The position numbers and the translations under genes were made by a program. Positions 18,507 to 29,090 of a DNA stretch of 64,000 nucleotides are shown here, piece by piece. A model generated the notes under the pieces. That model saw nothing but the letters and a program-made list of their open reading frames with translations. It was not told the origin of the DNA and did no database searches. Numbering within the stretch: position 1 is the stretch's first letter; each line of letters opens with the position of its first letter. Where the stretch lies: the NCBI GenBank assembly GCA_043826435.1, contig JBDRQF010000007.1:973-64972 (forward strand), written 5' to 3'. The stretch is from Elusimicrobiota bacterium (lineage in GTDB: Bacteria > Elusimicrobiota > Endomicrobiia > CG1-02-37-114 > JAHJSO01).

Positions 18507-19359
18507 TCTTCGCAGGTTGATTCTTAAGGGGCATGCCCCAGCCGAGTTTTGTCCGCAGGATAGTATAATAATTCTGCCCCGGGGTCGTAATTAAAGACAG
18601 GGTGTGCGGGGATTTATTTATTTCCACCGTATCGCCGACGGAAAGCGGGACGTTCTCCTGCCCGTCAATGGAAAGTATCGCCCCCTTGTTGGACTTGTAT
18701 TCCGGGAGATGGATTTTAATCCTGTTTCCCGGATGGACGACCAGCGGCCTTTGCGAAAGCGTGTGCGGGCATATCGGGGTAATACAGAACACGGGCACGG
18801 ACGGCTGGATTATCGGCCCCCCCGCTGCGAGTGAATACGCGGTTGAGCCGGTAGGGGTTGAAACGATAACGCCGTCGCCGGTGTAGTCGGTTAAAAATTC
18901 ATCGTTGATTATGAGACGCAAAAGAATCACCCTTGTTGACGCACCCGACCTCACCACACAATCATTAACGGCAAGGTATTTTTTATTTCTGATTGAGACG
19001 CTGGCAAGAATCCTCTCCTCAACGTCGGAGAATCTGCTCTTTATAAGACCGGATATCGCCCGTTCAACACTGCCGGGGTCAACCTCAGCCAGAAATCCTA
19101 ATGAGCCCAGATTTATCCCGAGGACGGGCACGCCTGCCGGTGCGAGTTTCTTCGCAGTGTTTATTATTGTCCCGTCGCCGCCTAATGCGATGCACACGTC
19201 AACCCCATGGAGATGACTTGCCGTAAGTTTGTCCGTCGGCAGGCAGGCGGTACATTTAACAATGCCTCTCCCCTTTTTTTCAAGGACGGACATAACCCTG
19301 GCGAGTTCCTTTTTTGCCTGCTTCTTGGCAGGGTTATAGACAATAATGATTTTTTTCAT
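18499..19359 (-). CDS. nadK: NAD(+) kinase
   Basis: GGDGT, GINLGSLGFL, AVND, GDGVIVSTPTGSTAYSLAAGG. Confidence 0.97.
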   Translation of the reverse strand: MKKIIIVYNPAKKQAKKELARVMSVLEKKGRGIVKCTACLPTDKLTASHLHGVDVCIALGGDGTIINTAKKLAPAGVPVLGINLGSLGFLAEVDPGSVERAISGLIKSRFSDVEERILASVSIRNKKYLAVNDCVVRSGASTRVILLRLIINDEFLTDYTGDGVIVSTPTGSTAYSLAAGGPIIQPSVPVFCITPICPHTLSQRPLVVHPGNRIKIHLPEYKSNKGAILSIDGQENVPLSVGDTVEINKSPHTLSLITTPGQNYYTILRTKLGWGMPLKNQPAKNA

Positions 19360-19415
19360 CGGATTTAAACCCGCGTCTCAGATTTTACTCCGCGTTTTCG
19401 GCAAACACCTACATT

Positions 19416-20435
19416 TTACTGAATTATTTTTGATTTGTCAAACGACCCGAACACGTCCTTCCATTCCTGCTCGGTGGTTATTGTGAGGAGTTTGCCTGAG
19501 GGTATCCTGGGGATTTTCGGGCTGCCGGCGTTCTTCCATGCGGTGTACCAGAGTGAGGCGAGGGCTACCCTGGCGTTCTGCAGGGCTACAGAAGTCATCG
19601 GTCTCGTGTCCTGCCAGATGAGACGGTAATACCTGTCCGGGTCGCTTTCAATATTGCCCTTGTGTTTCGTATCGGCGTCCATAATGGGCTTCACCCCCGG
19701 ATAGGAAACGGTAATGTAATCAAATATATAATCAAGCGGCTTTTTCACGCTCTTTACCTTCTTCGCCAACTGGCTCCGTGTTTTCCTCGCCTGCGCGTCC
19801 GCCATCCCTGATTTTTCGTCTTTTTTCCCCGGTTTTTCGGGAGACGCTACCGACGCATACACCGGCGCACCGCCGTCTAATGTAATCTCCGCCAGAAACG
19901 CCTCTGTCATTGTAACCTCATACCTGAAGTGAATCCCGGTATTGCCGGTTAATTGTCCGTCATAATTTGCCGCTGTGTGAAGCGGCTGGTGTCCGTCGCC
20001 TACATAATGCCCCAGGGTGGCGGCTACCAGCAGGGCCTCGGGCCATTTCCCCGATTTCATATATCCGGTGAGCAGCTCAATGCATTGGAGCGTCGCCCAC
20101 GGGAGCAGGCCGTTCTCATGAACCTTCTCCCTGCCGTATTTTTGAATCATATCCTTGTATTTCCTGGGCATATTTTTGAAAGGATACTTTTCAAAGTTGT
20201 CCATATCCATGTAGTGCCTTATCCCCTCATCCTTCGCAAATGTTTTCCAGTGATCAGGAGCGGGTGCGTTTTCAACGAGATAATCCTCATAAAAACCAAA
20301 GTCATCCATTTCAGCAGGCAGGAGACGGACAGCCCCCCTGTTTATGTATTTGTGTATCTCAAACCCCCAGCCGAACAACTGGCCGGGTAGGAAAATACAA
20401 GCATAAACCATAAACCAAAAAATCTTAATATTCAT
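19416..20435 (-). CDS. Secreted S1/P1 nuclease / zinc-dependent phospholipase C superfamily protein
   Basis: Signal peptide then WGFEIH (N-terminal Trp/His Zn ligands), APD, HYMD, HYVGDGHQPLH, HFRYE. Confidence 0.82.
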   Translation of the reverse strand: MNIKIFWFMVYACIFLPGQLFGWGFEIHKYINRGAVRLLPAEMDDFGFYEDYLVENAPAPDHWKTFAKDEGIRHYMDMDNFEKYPFKNMPRKYKDMIQKYGREKVHENGLLPWATLQCIELLTGYMKSGKWPEALLVAATLGHYVGDGHQPLHTAANYDGQLTGNTGIHFRYEVTMTEAFLAEITLDGGAPVYASVASPEKPGKKDEKSGMADAQARKTRSQLAKKVKSVKKPLDYIFDYITVSYPGVKPIMDADTKHKGNIESDPDRYYRLIWQDTRPMTSVALQNARVALASLWYTAWKNAGSPKIPRIPSGKLLTITTEQEWKDVFGSFDKSKIIQ

Positions 20436-20548
20436 AAGTGATAGTATGTTACTGTAGATAAAAAATGCTTCGTATAATCACCATTTGATGAAACTTTCAG
20501 CACAAACTACATTTTGGGGCTTGTCTATATTTTGTAGCGCATTTACAA

Positions 20549-22737
20549 TTATTTTTTCCCATTATTTATGCTTACAGCACTTTCATTATATTTGTTTCGT
20601 ATGATTACATTGTCAGGGTCTATATTGAGGACAAATCCATATGATTCTTTCGCTCTCTGGTAATTCCCTATGGCAAAGTAAGCGTCCCCAAGATTAATGT
20701 ATGCCTTTATATTTCCGGGTTCTAACTTTATTGCTTGTTCAAGTATATCAACCGCTTTGTGGTATAGTTTTTTTATAAGGTATAATGTTCCAAGATTATA
20801 ATATGTTTTCACAAAATCAGGTTTGATTTGTATCAACTGTTCATACTCTTCAATTGCCTGGTCAAATTGGCCTTTATCAAAATAGGTTATACCTTTATTG
20901 TTCCGTGCATCAATATGATAAGGATTGATCTCAATGGCTTTATTATACTCAATAATCGCCTGGTCATATAGTTCCGCATCACGATATTTATTTCCAAGAA
21001 TAAAATATCCGTTTGCATTTTGGGGCTCCAGAGAAACCGCATGTTTGTAGTAATAAAATGCTTTATTGGGTAAATGTTTTTCTTTGTAAATGTCACCAAG
21101 CAAAATATAATTTCTGCTTTTTCCCCATATCCGGAGGAGATTAATTCTTCCATTGTTTTAATGGCGTTGTCATACTCCCCTTTGTCTTTATAGAGTTTTA
21201 TAAGATAGAAGTATGCTTCCTCTACAAACACTCCTGTTTTCTGCCATTTTATTGCTTCTTTAAATTTGTTCTCTGCCTCATAAAATAGCCCTTTTTGAGC
21301 ATAGATATACCCAATCCCAGCGCACGCCTGTGCTGCCGTAGGATTTATTGCCAAAACATTTTGATAAAATTGCATCGCTAAATCATACTGTCCCTTGTTT
21401 TGGTATATACTACCAAGGCTATAATTTGCATTTAAGGAATCAGGATTATTTTTATAGGCGCTCATCCAGAAACTAAAATCATCTTTCCAGTCCTGATTTC
21501 TTTTTATAGTTCTGACAGAATAAAACATTATTAAAAAACCCAGGACTAAATACAAAAATTTTACTTTTTTTACCAAACCAAAAATCATAGATAAAAACAG
21601 ACAGAACCCTATTGAGGGAATGTATAAAAACCGTTCCGCCATTACCACCCCAATAGGGATAATATGTGAGACAGGGAGTAAACTAACAAAAAAGAGAAAA
21701 ACACAGAAAGAGAGTTCCTTTGAGTACTTCTTAAGCAATACAGCGGAAATCAATATTCCAACAAGGATAATTATTGAACTAATCACGGGGAATTCAAAAA
21801 TAGAAAAAGATGGTAATACTAAATGATCTGCGCTTAATTTTAACGGATAAATTAACAACCACAGGTATCTGACAGTAACTTTGCACATTGTTAACATAGA
21901 AGTATAAATATTCCCACCCATGTATTCTATGGGTTTAGAAAAATCTCGGCCCCCTATAATATCTGTGAATTTCGCTGGATTGAAAACTAAAAATCTACCA
22001 AACAAATAAAGAGATAGCACTATAAAAAATGGAATATATCTCTTTATGTCAAAACGGGGGGCGTTCCGGGACGTTTTCTGAAATGAATAATCATATAATA
22101 TCAATATAAAAGGTAAAGTTACCGCCATTTCTTTTGCAAATAAAGAAAAAATGAAAAAGGTCAATGATAAGATATAAAAGAATATTTTTTTGTTTTTGAG
22201 AATATCATCGTATGACTTGATATAAAAAATGATACTTGATAGGAAAAATAATAAACAAATCAGATCTTCGCGAAAACTTACCACATTGACGGTTTCAGTT
22301 GAAATCGGATGGACGACAAATATCAAACCAGAAACCACGGCTATAAATTTATTCTTGGTGATTAATTTTGCAAATAAATAAATCAGGATGCCATTAAAAG
22401 CGTGAAACAATATATTTGTAAGATGCCATCCAACTGGATTGAGTTTCCACAACTGATAGTCAACAAATAGAGATAAAGTAGCGATAGGTCTATATGCCCC
22501 TTCCTGGGAAAGAACAAAATATTTTTTACTCAGGAGCAAGGGAATATTTTCCCACTGTTTTATAAAATCATTTCCTACTATTACTACTCTGTCATCCCAG
22601 ACAAAATCATTCTTAAATGTATTCCAATAAACAAGTACTGTAATAGATATGATTAAAACACAGATAACTATTAGTCCTTTGTTGCTTTTTTGTTCCAAGG
22701 TTTTCTGTTCTAAATTATTTTTAACTCTCGGGTTCAT
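20549..22737 (-). pseudogene. TMTC-like membrane glycosyltransferase with TPR tail, split by a single frameshift (ORFs 20887-22737 and 20549-21103)
   Basis: FVWDD, YRP, WHLTNILFH, HPISTETVN, FAKEMA, MAERFLY, RNQDWKDD are TMTC-family motifs; the TPR repeats continue in the shifted frame (YILLGDIYKEK) from about 21110; AT-rich. Confidence 0.8.
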
Positions 22738-22798
22738 TGATTTAATGCATCAAGGTAGTGCCATAACTGATTCACCTCGCACAACCCTGTTATCCTTT

Positions 22799-24181
22799 TT
22801 AGTATATATAACTGCTCCCGCCGATAAACTCTCTTAGTAGCGAATTAGCCGGCACAATTGAATCGTCCGGCACATCCTCAATTGATGTCATCAAATTATA
22901 TATCCTTTTCGCCCGTATATATGCGTCCGTTTTCTTCGGGTCTTTTTCATATTTGGCGATTATTTCGGGGAAATAACGGAACAGGTGTTTCTTGTGAAAT
23001 GGCATTTCGTAGGGGAGCGCCCCGTTAAAAACATAGTCCGCCTTGTTAATAAACGGCACGATGAACCTCATTTCACTCCGCCTTACATAATGCCAGTGTC
23101 CCACTGTCCTGGCGGGGTCATAGGCGCGGTGCAGGGAATCCCTGACCATCCTCCTCAGCATTCTCAAATCAGCCCACCTTATAAACTCCCCTGAATTGTC
23201 CTTTAACTGGCATATCGCCTCAATATAAAACTTAAACTTCATATCGTGCGGGATGCTGGATGTCATATCCCCGTAAAGGCCGTGTAAACTGTCCAGAAGC
23301 AGAATATGGTTTTCCGTCAGGCGGAATTTCCGGACATTTAATGTCCTTAGCCCTGTCCTAAAATTGTATTCGGGCATTTTTATCTCTTCGCCCTTTATCA
23401 GTTTATACAGATGTTCGTTTATAAGCGGCAGGTCAAGGGCCTGCGGGGTCTCAAAATCATAATCGCCATATTCATCCTTCGGGTGTTCCTCCAGGTTCTT
23501 AAAGTAATTGTCCAGGTTCATAAGGACAAAACTTATTCCTTTTGTTTTAAGGACCTCGCCTATTTTTGTGGTCGTCGTGGTTTTGCCCGAACTGGAAGGT
23601 CCCGCTACTATAACAATCCTTATTCTGTCTCTCCGCCCCATTATTTCTTCCGCTACCCTGCTGATTTCGTCGTGATATCTTTCTTCTGCGTCTTTGATTA
23701 GTTCAGGCAAGGTGCCATTGTGAATTCTTTTATTCAGTTTTTCTACCGTATCTACTTCATGGTCAACATTCCATGTATATGCCCTCCAGAGAACCTTGTA
23801 AGGGATGTTGTCCTCCACTACGATTCTGGATTCTTTGCCCTCCCGGAGCCGCTTGTGCTCCTGACGGTAAATTATGTACGCCTTCGCAGTCCTGAAATGT
23901 CCGTTCTCAACAAGGACCTTTTCTATTAAGTCCTGTATGTCTTCAACGGTTAACGTTGAACCGGCAGGGTACGTCTCCGATATAAGTCCCACCACCTTGC
24001 CTGCCAGTTCTTCGGATATTGCCCTGTCCGAGCCGCCCACCTCAACCGCAGCCCTGAAGATTGAGTCGGCAATTTTGTCTTTATTGAAAACAACGGACCT
24101 GCCGTCCCTTTTGATTATCTGGTTAATTTTGTAACTTTCCGTTTCTGCTGACGGGAAAAGAGAGGGTTGCTCGTCCATCAT
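22799..24181 (-). CDS. ATP-cone domain plus uridine kinase/phosphoribulokinase-like P-loop protein
   Basis: IIKRDGRSVVFNKDKI...VEDIQDLIEKVL (ATP cone); AGPSSSGKTTT Walker A; LDNYF, DFETPQALD, RRMVRD. Confidence 0.88.
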   Translation of the reverse strand: MMDEQPSLFPSAETESYKINQIIKRDGRSVVFNKDKIADSIFRAAVEVGGSDRAISEELAGKVVGLISETYPAGSTLTVEDIQDLIEKVLVENGHFRTAKAYIIYRQEHKRLREGKESRIVVEDNIPYKVLWRAYTWNVDHEVDTVEKLNKRIHNGTLPELIKDAEERYHDEISRVAEEIMGRRDRIRIVIVAGPSSSGKTTTTTKIGEVLKTKGISFVLMNLDNYFKNLEEHPKDEYGDYDFETPQALDLPLINEHLYKLIKGEEIKMPEYNFRTGLRTLNVRKFRLTENHILLLDSLHGLYGDMTSSIPHDMKFKFYIEAICQLKDNSGEFIRWADLRMLRRMVRDSLHRAYDPARTVGHWHYVRRSEMRFIVPFINKADYVFNGALPYEMPFHKKHLFRYFPEIIAKYEKDPKKTDAYIRAKRIYNLMTSIEDVPDDSIVPANSLLREFIGGSSYIY

Positions 24182-25224
24182 ATTAAGGTTGCCTTTCTAT
24201 AGAGTATAAGGACGGATGTTTTTATCATACTGGCGACGGGCACGGCGAGGAACATTCCAATGACGCCTCCCATCTGGGCGCCGGCCAGCACAACAAATAT
24301 AATAACGGCGGGATGGATTTTCATACCCTTGCTCACCACTATCGGCTGGATAAAGTTATTGTCTATAAACTGGATAATAACAAAAAGAAGTACAACCTTT
24401 ATTACTATGGTGCTGTCCTGGTGGAATGTAATAGCGGATATTATTGCCGGCACTGCCCCGGCAACGGGCCCCATATACGGTATCATATTTGCGAGCCCTG
24501 CGACAATCCCTATTATAACCGCATATTCAATATTGAGAAACAACAAACCCGCCACAGACATAACCGCAACACATACCGCCTCTATAATCTGCCCCCGGAC
24601 AAATCTACCGACGATTACATCAAATTCACATACAATGCTCAGCACTGTCTCTACGTACCTGCTGGGGACAGCCCTGAAAATTGCATTAAATACCTTCCTG
24701 CCATTCATAAGCATAAAAAATGTAATGACGGGTATCAAAACGAGCAAAGAAAGTACAGGGAACAATTCAAGCAGAAGCGTTGGTATCTGTGATATTTCCG
24801 ACTCAACAAATCCGGAGATTTTCTTTACTATCGTGTCAAAGATGCCCTTCTGTCGGACAATCGGATATTTTGTCTCTATGACATGCTGGAGTGTCCCGAG
24901 TGAACCCTTCAGCCCTTCGGCATATACCTGCAGATTGGAACTCAGTTTTGAGAGTTCCCGCATAATTTTCGGGGAAAAAGTTACAATAGCGGAAAGGCAA
25001 ATGGTCATAAAAAATATATAAATTGAAACAACGACTATGCCTCTCTTTATTCCGAATGATTCAAAATACACTACAAGGGGTGATATAAAATACGATAAGA
25101 CAGCGGACAGGAAAAACGGGAGGACGACTACCCTTACAGAATACAGGAATAAAACAACTATACCGGCAACCAGCAAAACAATGCTTGTTTTTTTCATTAT
25201 TACGGATTCAGGTGAGCCCGGCAA
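24178..25224 (-). CDS. AI-2E family transporter (PerM-like)
   Basis: Multi-TM; RFVRGQ, ANMIPYMGP, QFIDNNFIQP, IHPAVIIFVVLAG...GMFLAVP. Confidence 0.92.
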   Translation of the reverse strand: MPGSPESVIMKKTSIVLLVAGIVVLFLYSVRVVVLPFFLSAVLSYFISPLVVYFESFGIKRGIVVVSIYIFFMTICLSAIVTFSPKIMRELSKLSSNLQVYAEGLKGSLGTLQHVIETKYPIVRQKGIFDTIVKKISGFVESEISQIPTLLLELFPVLSLLVLIPVITFFMLMNGRKVFNAIFRAVPSRYVETVLSIVCEFDVIVGRFVRGQIIEAVCVAVMSVAGLLFLNIEYAVIIGIVAGLANMIPYMGPVAGAVPAIISAITFHQDSTIVIKVVLLFVIIQFIDNNFIQPIVVSKGMKIHPAVIIFVVLAGAQMGGVIGMFLAVPVASMIKTSVLILYRKATLI

Positions 25225-25810
25225 AAAATTCGCTCGTTTGTCTCAATCTTGAACTTACGATCTTTGCAAGGTTTCTTATTACGATTATTCCGATCCTCGG
25301 GTCTTTCTGAATTATATTGTCCATGTTAATTTTATACATAAAACACAGGACGCTATCCTTTGTTGTTTTTGCGGTCGCCGAGCGGGACATTTCCTCAAGC
25401 AGAGCCATCTCACCAAAAAAATTCCCCGCCGTAATGGTTGACAGGACCTTGTCGTCGGGCACGCTTCCTGCGGCAACGAACCCTGCAGGGGGCTTCTTCG
25501 CGGCAGCGATTCCTACCCCGGGCGGGTTTCCAATGGGGTTTGCAACAACACCCCCATAGTCGCATGGATTCATTCTGGACTTTGCAATAACGACTTCCCC
25601 GGACTTGATGATAAAAAGGGCTCTACCCGGCTCTCCTTCTTTAAAGACAGTTTCACCTGCCGGATATGTCTTTTCATACAGGACGGGAACAATTCTGCCG
25701 AGCGCCCGTCTGCTGAGCCCGTCAAACACGGGCACCCTTGACAGAAACTCAACCTTTTGTTTGAATTCCTTACTGAGAAAAAATGATTCAAATAATGATT
25801 TCATGTCCAT
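25208..25810 (-). CDS. Cyclic nucleotide-binding domain protein
   Basis: VFKEGEPGRALFIIKSGEV and FFGEMALLEEMSRSATA (cNMP pocket); about 30-aa G/P/A-rich insertion in between. Confidence 0.9.
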   Translation of the reverse strand: MDMKSLFESFFLSKEFKQKVEFLSRVPVFDGLSRRALGRIVPVLYEKTYPAGETVFKEGEPGRALFIIKSGEVVIAKSRMNPCDYGGVVANPIGNPPGVGIAAAKKPPAGFVAAGSVPDDKVLSTITAGNFFGEMALLEEMSRSATAKTTKDSVLCFMYKINMDNIIQKDPRIGIIVIRNLAKIVSSRLRQTSEFFAGLT

Positions 25811-25911
25811 ACGTTCACCTTGTGTGCGACATCATGCGTGCATTCGCATGTCCCTATGTTAAATATTACTCCGTTGCCTTTCACAGGTGCTTTTGCAGAT
25901 TCTACGGACTA

Positions 25912-25940
25912 TTTATACAAAATAAAAATGGGTTTGTCAA
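25912..25940 (-). promoter_or_regulatory. Sigma70-type promoter of the cNMP/AI-2E/uridine kinase operon
   Basis: Minus strand TTGACA-N17-TATAAA. Confidence 0.7.
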
Positions 25941-25973
25941 GAAAGGGTAGGCGATGCCTCATAAAAAATTTTT

Positions 25974-26462
25974 TTAATGTTTGGCATTTTTTGAATGACT
26001 CTGTCTATCCGTAAAACGCTGGAACGGGAGTATCGGGGGGAATACAATAAATAAAATTAGTGTGGAAACAGCAATGATTATCGTCGGTATTTCAATTATG
26101 AGCGGATGTACATCGGGATATACAAGTTTTTCAATCCACTCTGCGATGAAGGAACCATGGTAATCAACCGGCGATATTGAGTGAACCCTCTGTTTGAGAT
26201 TGTATTCAATGAGTGTCAGGGGGCAGTGTTTTTTAAGCAGGGTTAATGCGCCAACATAAATTATACCCGCCAGATGAATTATTCTCATAATTGATATAAT
26301 AAATTTTTTATCCGCCGACCCTGACGCCGGCGGCACTGACGCTGACACAAATTTTTTATTGAATAACACAAAATAGACGGTGAATAAAAACCCTGCAATC
26401 ATGAAAATTATCCAGAGAAAATGCAAGGTAACAATCAAATCAGCCAGAATTTTATAGTTCAA
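25974..26462 (-). CDS. DUF2784-like membrane protein
   Basis: LADLIVTLHFLWIIF, CPLTLIE, YHGSFIAEWIEKLVY pattern; TTG start with SD GGAGAGG. Confidence 0.75.
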   Translation of the reverse strand: MNYKILADLIVTLHFLWIIFMIAGFLFTVYFVLFNKKFVSASVPPASGSADKKFIISIMRIIHLAGIIYVGALTLLKKHCPLTLIEYNLKQRVHSISPVDYHGSFIAEWIEKLVYPDVHPLIIEIPTIIIAVSTLILFIVFPPILPFQRFTDRQSHSKNAKH

Positions 26463-26492
26463 AATAGCCCCTCTCCGATATTAAAATCTAAA

Positions 26493-28967
26493 TCATAAAG
26501 CGATAGATTTCGTAGAGTGTTGCTCTAATATACGTCCGCCAATAACAGCCATCGGCAGACATATCAACAAAAAAAATACACCCGCCAGAATACTTGAACC
26601 TGCAAGCCCTAACACAGGAATGAGAAAAACGGACGATGTAAAAGCGCCGCCGGCGGCACCTAACAAATCAAACCCGTAAACAACGCCTGCGCGGGAACCC
26701 GTTTTACTGTTTTCCGGCCGTCCCATTATACCGGTTGCAACAGGGAAAAGCAGTCCGGCGGGCATCCCTGAAATAAATGTCAAAAATGGATATAGCACTG
26801 CGGGCATATCGGATTTGATAATCAGGGGCAACAGCAGGGAAAAAATCCCGGCAGATGCTGTGACCACTTGGATTAAGGTAAAGGGTCGCGAATAATTATT
26901 TTTTGTTGCCGTCCCGTCTATGAATCTTGTAGAAAAATAACTTCCGGCCGCCAGCCCTGCCATGGACGCAGTAAGAAGTATGCCTATCTGGTGATAGACG
27001 TACCCGAATTTCACCTGGAAAGCGAATATCAGAACAAGTTCAAGCAAGAGTGAACAAAAACCTGTGCAGGCGACCGCAAGGAGCGTTATGCCCGCCCGCA
27101 ATCTCTCTGCCTGCAATCCCACTTTTTGCCTTCGTCTGATTTGGAACCACAGGGAAATGATTACAATGACCGCGCCGGCGAATGCGCCCGCAAGAAGCGT
27201 CCGCCTGTTTTTCATCAGCCATTCCATCCGGCTCACAAAACTTCTGCCCGAATACGATGCCTGTAACATGATGCCGTAAAAATAATTCACCGGCTGAAAG
27301 TCCCTGCTCAACGAGACCTCTTCTTCCCTTTCAGTTACCTGGTCGGACAATGTTTGCACCCGGGTCTCACCCAGAACGTATCTTACATAGAAAGGCGTAA
27401 GATATGTAAGATGAAATTTTTGACTGACCAGCAAGTCCGCCAGGGCGGGCGCAGGAACGCCTGATATATTCCCTGAAATGAAATAATTTTTCACCCCGGG
27501 CACCAGCGAGCATCCGCCGAACACCTTTTTTATCGTCTTGTATAAACCTGCACTGAGATACCTCATCTCCGGGGACATATAACCGTCCGCTGACGAGAGC
27601 CCTGTGATAAAAACCCCGTCATCAGACAGCAGCGATTTTATCTCCCTGAAAAATTCCTCGGTATAGAACCTGCTGACCAGCCCTGTGGTCGGGTCGGGCA
27701 TGTCAACAATAACGCAGTCGTATTTTTCAGCTCTGCGGACAGCCGTCTTTGTGAAATACCGTCCATCCCCAAAAAATATTTCTACTCTGGAATCAGAAAG
27801 GGCGGTTATATCCTCCGGTGGCAGATATTTTTTCGCCATTGAAACGAGCATCGGGTCAAGTTCAACGAGCATGACCTTACGGAGAGGGTGTTTCAGCACT
27901 TCATACAAATTGCCTGAAAGCCCCCCTCCAATGAGCAGGACTTTTTGGGAATTCGGACACAAAAACATTGCGAAGTGTACAATCTCTTCCGGCTGCTGTC
28001 GTTCCTGCGTTGAAAAAAGTTTACCCCCGTTTTCATAAAAATCATAATGTCCATCTGATAAATCGTGCCGTGCCCCTGAGTGCTGCCCCCGTAAGTGTTT
28101 CTCTCCCTTTGCGTGCCGTCCCTGTGGCGGCCCCAACACGACAATATTCCCGTAGAGCGAATTTTTTGATTCAACAAGGGTGAACGGCTTCCATTGAATT
28201 TCCCCTGCAAGCCCGTCAATCTTTACTATTTCACCCGAGAACAAGATAATGCTGAATAAAAACAGGAAAAAAATGCTGACAACCGCCTGCGGGTTTACAA
28301 ACTTCCGCAGGTGTATTCCCCGCGGAAGAGGTGTATGCTGTGCGGGTGTACCGTCGGGTGGCATGGGAGGTATTACGGTTATCCGTGAAACGGACAAAGG
28401 TATGAGTAGCAGAAAATTTACGATTGAAAAACCAGCCGCTATCTGCATTGATGAGAAATGTTTTATAAGGAGGAAACTTGTAATTAGTCCGCCGAGGATT
28501 GCCCCGACCGCCTCAAGAAAATACACCCTGCCAGCAGACACCCCGGTAAATGTCCCTGCGCTAAACCATGAACCTAACAATATACACATTGGTGAGAGAA
28601 GACAGAGAGAAAAAAACATTGTGTGTGTCATGCCGAGGGTCTCAAAGGGCGTCCCCTGTAACAAGGGCCTTATTATTTTCGTCAGAAAAATCACGGCAGG
28701 CAGAAAAACGGATATAACAAGAATTATTGTTCTGTATATCCCGAAAATGTCGGCGAGTGATTTGGCGGGTGATTTAGTGAGTGATTTAATTTTAGAAATT
28801 ATCCTGCCTGAAACAGCCGCTCCTGCGCCCACAAGCACCATCCACAGTGACATAACAATGCCTATTGTCAGTTCGTTCCCTGAAAAGATTGTAAAAAGTT
28901 CCCTGAGCAGGACTATCTGCATTGAGAGCGATGTAGCGCCAAGAAGTACCATTGACAGGGAAAGCAT
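26493..28967 (-). CDS. Fused membrane domain / spermidine synthase-like (class I SAM-dependent) protein
   Basis: TM blocks at both ends; VLLIGGGLSG, VELDP, DGRYF, CVIVDMPDP, FYTEEFF. Confidence 0.85.
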   Translation of the reverse strand: MLSLSMVLLGATSLSMQIVLLRELFTIFSGNELTIGIVMSLWMVLVGAGAAVSGRIISKIKSLTKSPAKSLADIFGIYRTIILVISVFLPAVIFLTKIIRPLLQGTPFETLGMTHTMFFSLCLLSPMCILLGSWFSAGTFTGVSAGRVYFLEAVGAILGGLITSFLLIKHFSSMQIAAGFSIVNFLLLIPLSVSRITVIPPMPPDGTPAQHTPLPRGIHLRKFVNPQAVVSIFFLFLFSIILFSGEIVKIDGLAGEIQWKPFTLVESKNSLYGNIVVLGPPQGRHAKGEKHLRGQHSGARHDLSDGHYDFYENGGKLFSTQERQQPEEIVHFAMFLCPNSQKVLLIGGGLSGNLYEVLKHPLRKVMLVELDPMLVSMAKKYLPPEDITALSDSRVEIFFGDGRYFTKTAVRRAEKYDCVIVDMPDPTTGLVSRFYTEEFFREIKSLLSDDGVFITGLSSADGYMSPEMRYLSAGLYKTIKKVFGGCSLVPGVKNYFISGNISGVPAPALADLLVSQKFHLTYLTPFYVRYVLGETRVQTLSDQVTEREEEVSLSRDFQPVNYFYGIMLQASYSGRSFVSRMEWLMKNRRTLLAGAFAGAVIVIISLWFQIRRRQKVGLQAERLRAGITLLAVACTGFCSLLLELVLIFAFQVKFGYVYHQIGILLTASMAGLAAGSYFSTRFIDGTATKNNYSRPFTLIQVVTASAGIFSLLLPLIIKSDMPAVLYPFLTFISGMPAGLLFPVATGIMGRPENSKTGSRAGVVYGFDLLGAAGGAFTSSVFLIPVLGLAGSSILAGVFFLLICLPMAVIGGRILEQHSTKSIAL

Positions 28968-28972
28968 ATTAA

Positions 28973-29000
28973 ATTATACAAAAATAAAATGAAAATTCAA
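28973..29000 (-). promoter_or_regulatory. Sigma70-type promoter of the spermidine-synthase-like gene (apparently leaderless)
   Basis: Minus strand TTGAAT-N16-TATAAT, then 5 nt (ttaat), then ATG 28967. Confidence 0.6.
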
Positions 29001-29020
29001 AATGGGGCAGGCAACCGGGT

Positions 29021-29052
29021 GGCGGCCGCGCGGACAGGCGGCCGCGCGGACA
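29021..29052. repeat. Perfect 16-bp tandem duplication between divergent promoters
   Basis: ggcggccgcgcggaca x2 (29021-29036, 29037-29052). Confidence 0.95.
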
Positions 29053-29081
29053 TTGAATATTCCCTGAAAAAGGTGTATAAT
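29053..29081 (+). promoter_or_regulatory. Sigma70-type promoter of the HhH-GPD gene
   Basis: TTGAAT-N17-TATAAT, ATG 29091 nine nt later. Confidence 0.6.
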
Positions 29082-29090
29082 GAGACCGAA

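Noticed and set aside
28989-29090. Longer start for the EndoIII-like gene
   Set aside because: Contains the promoter boxes and tandem repeat; family similarity starts after 29091
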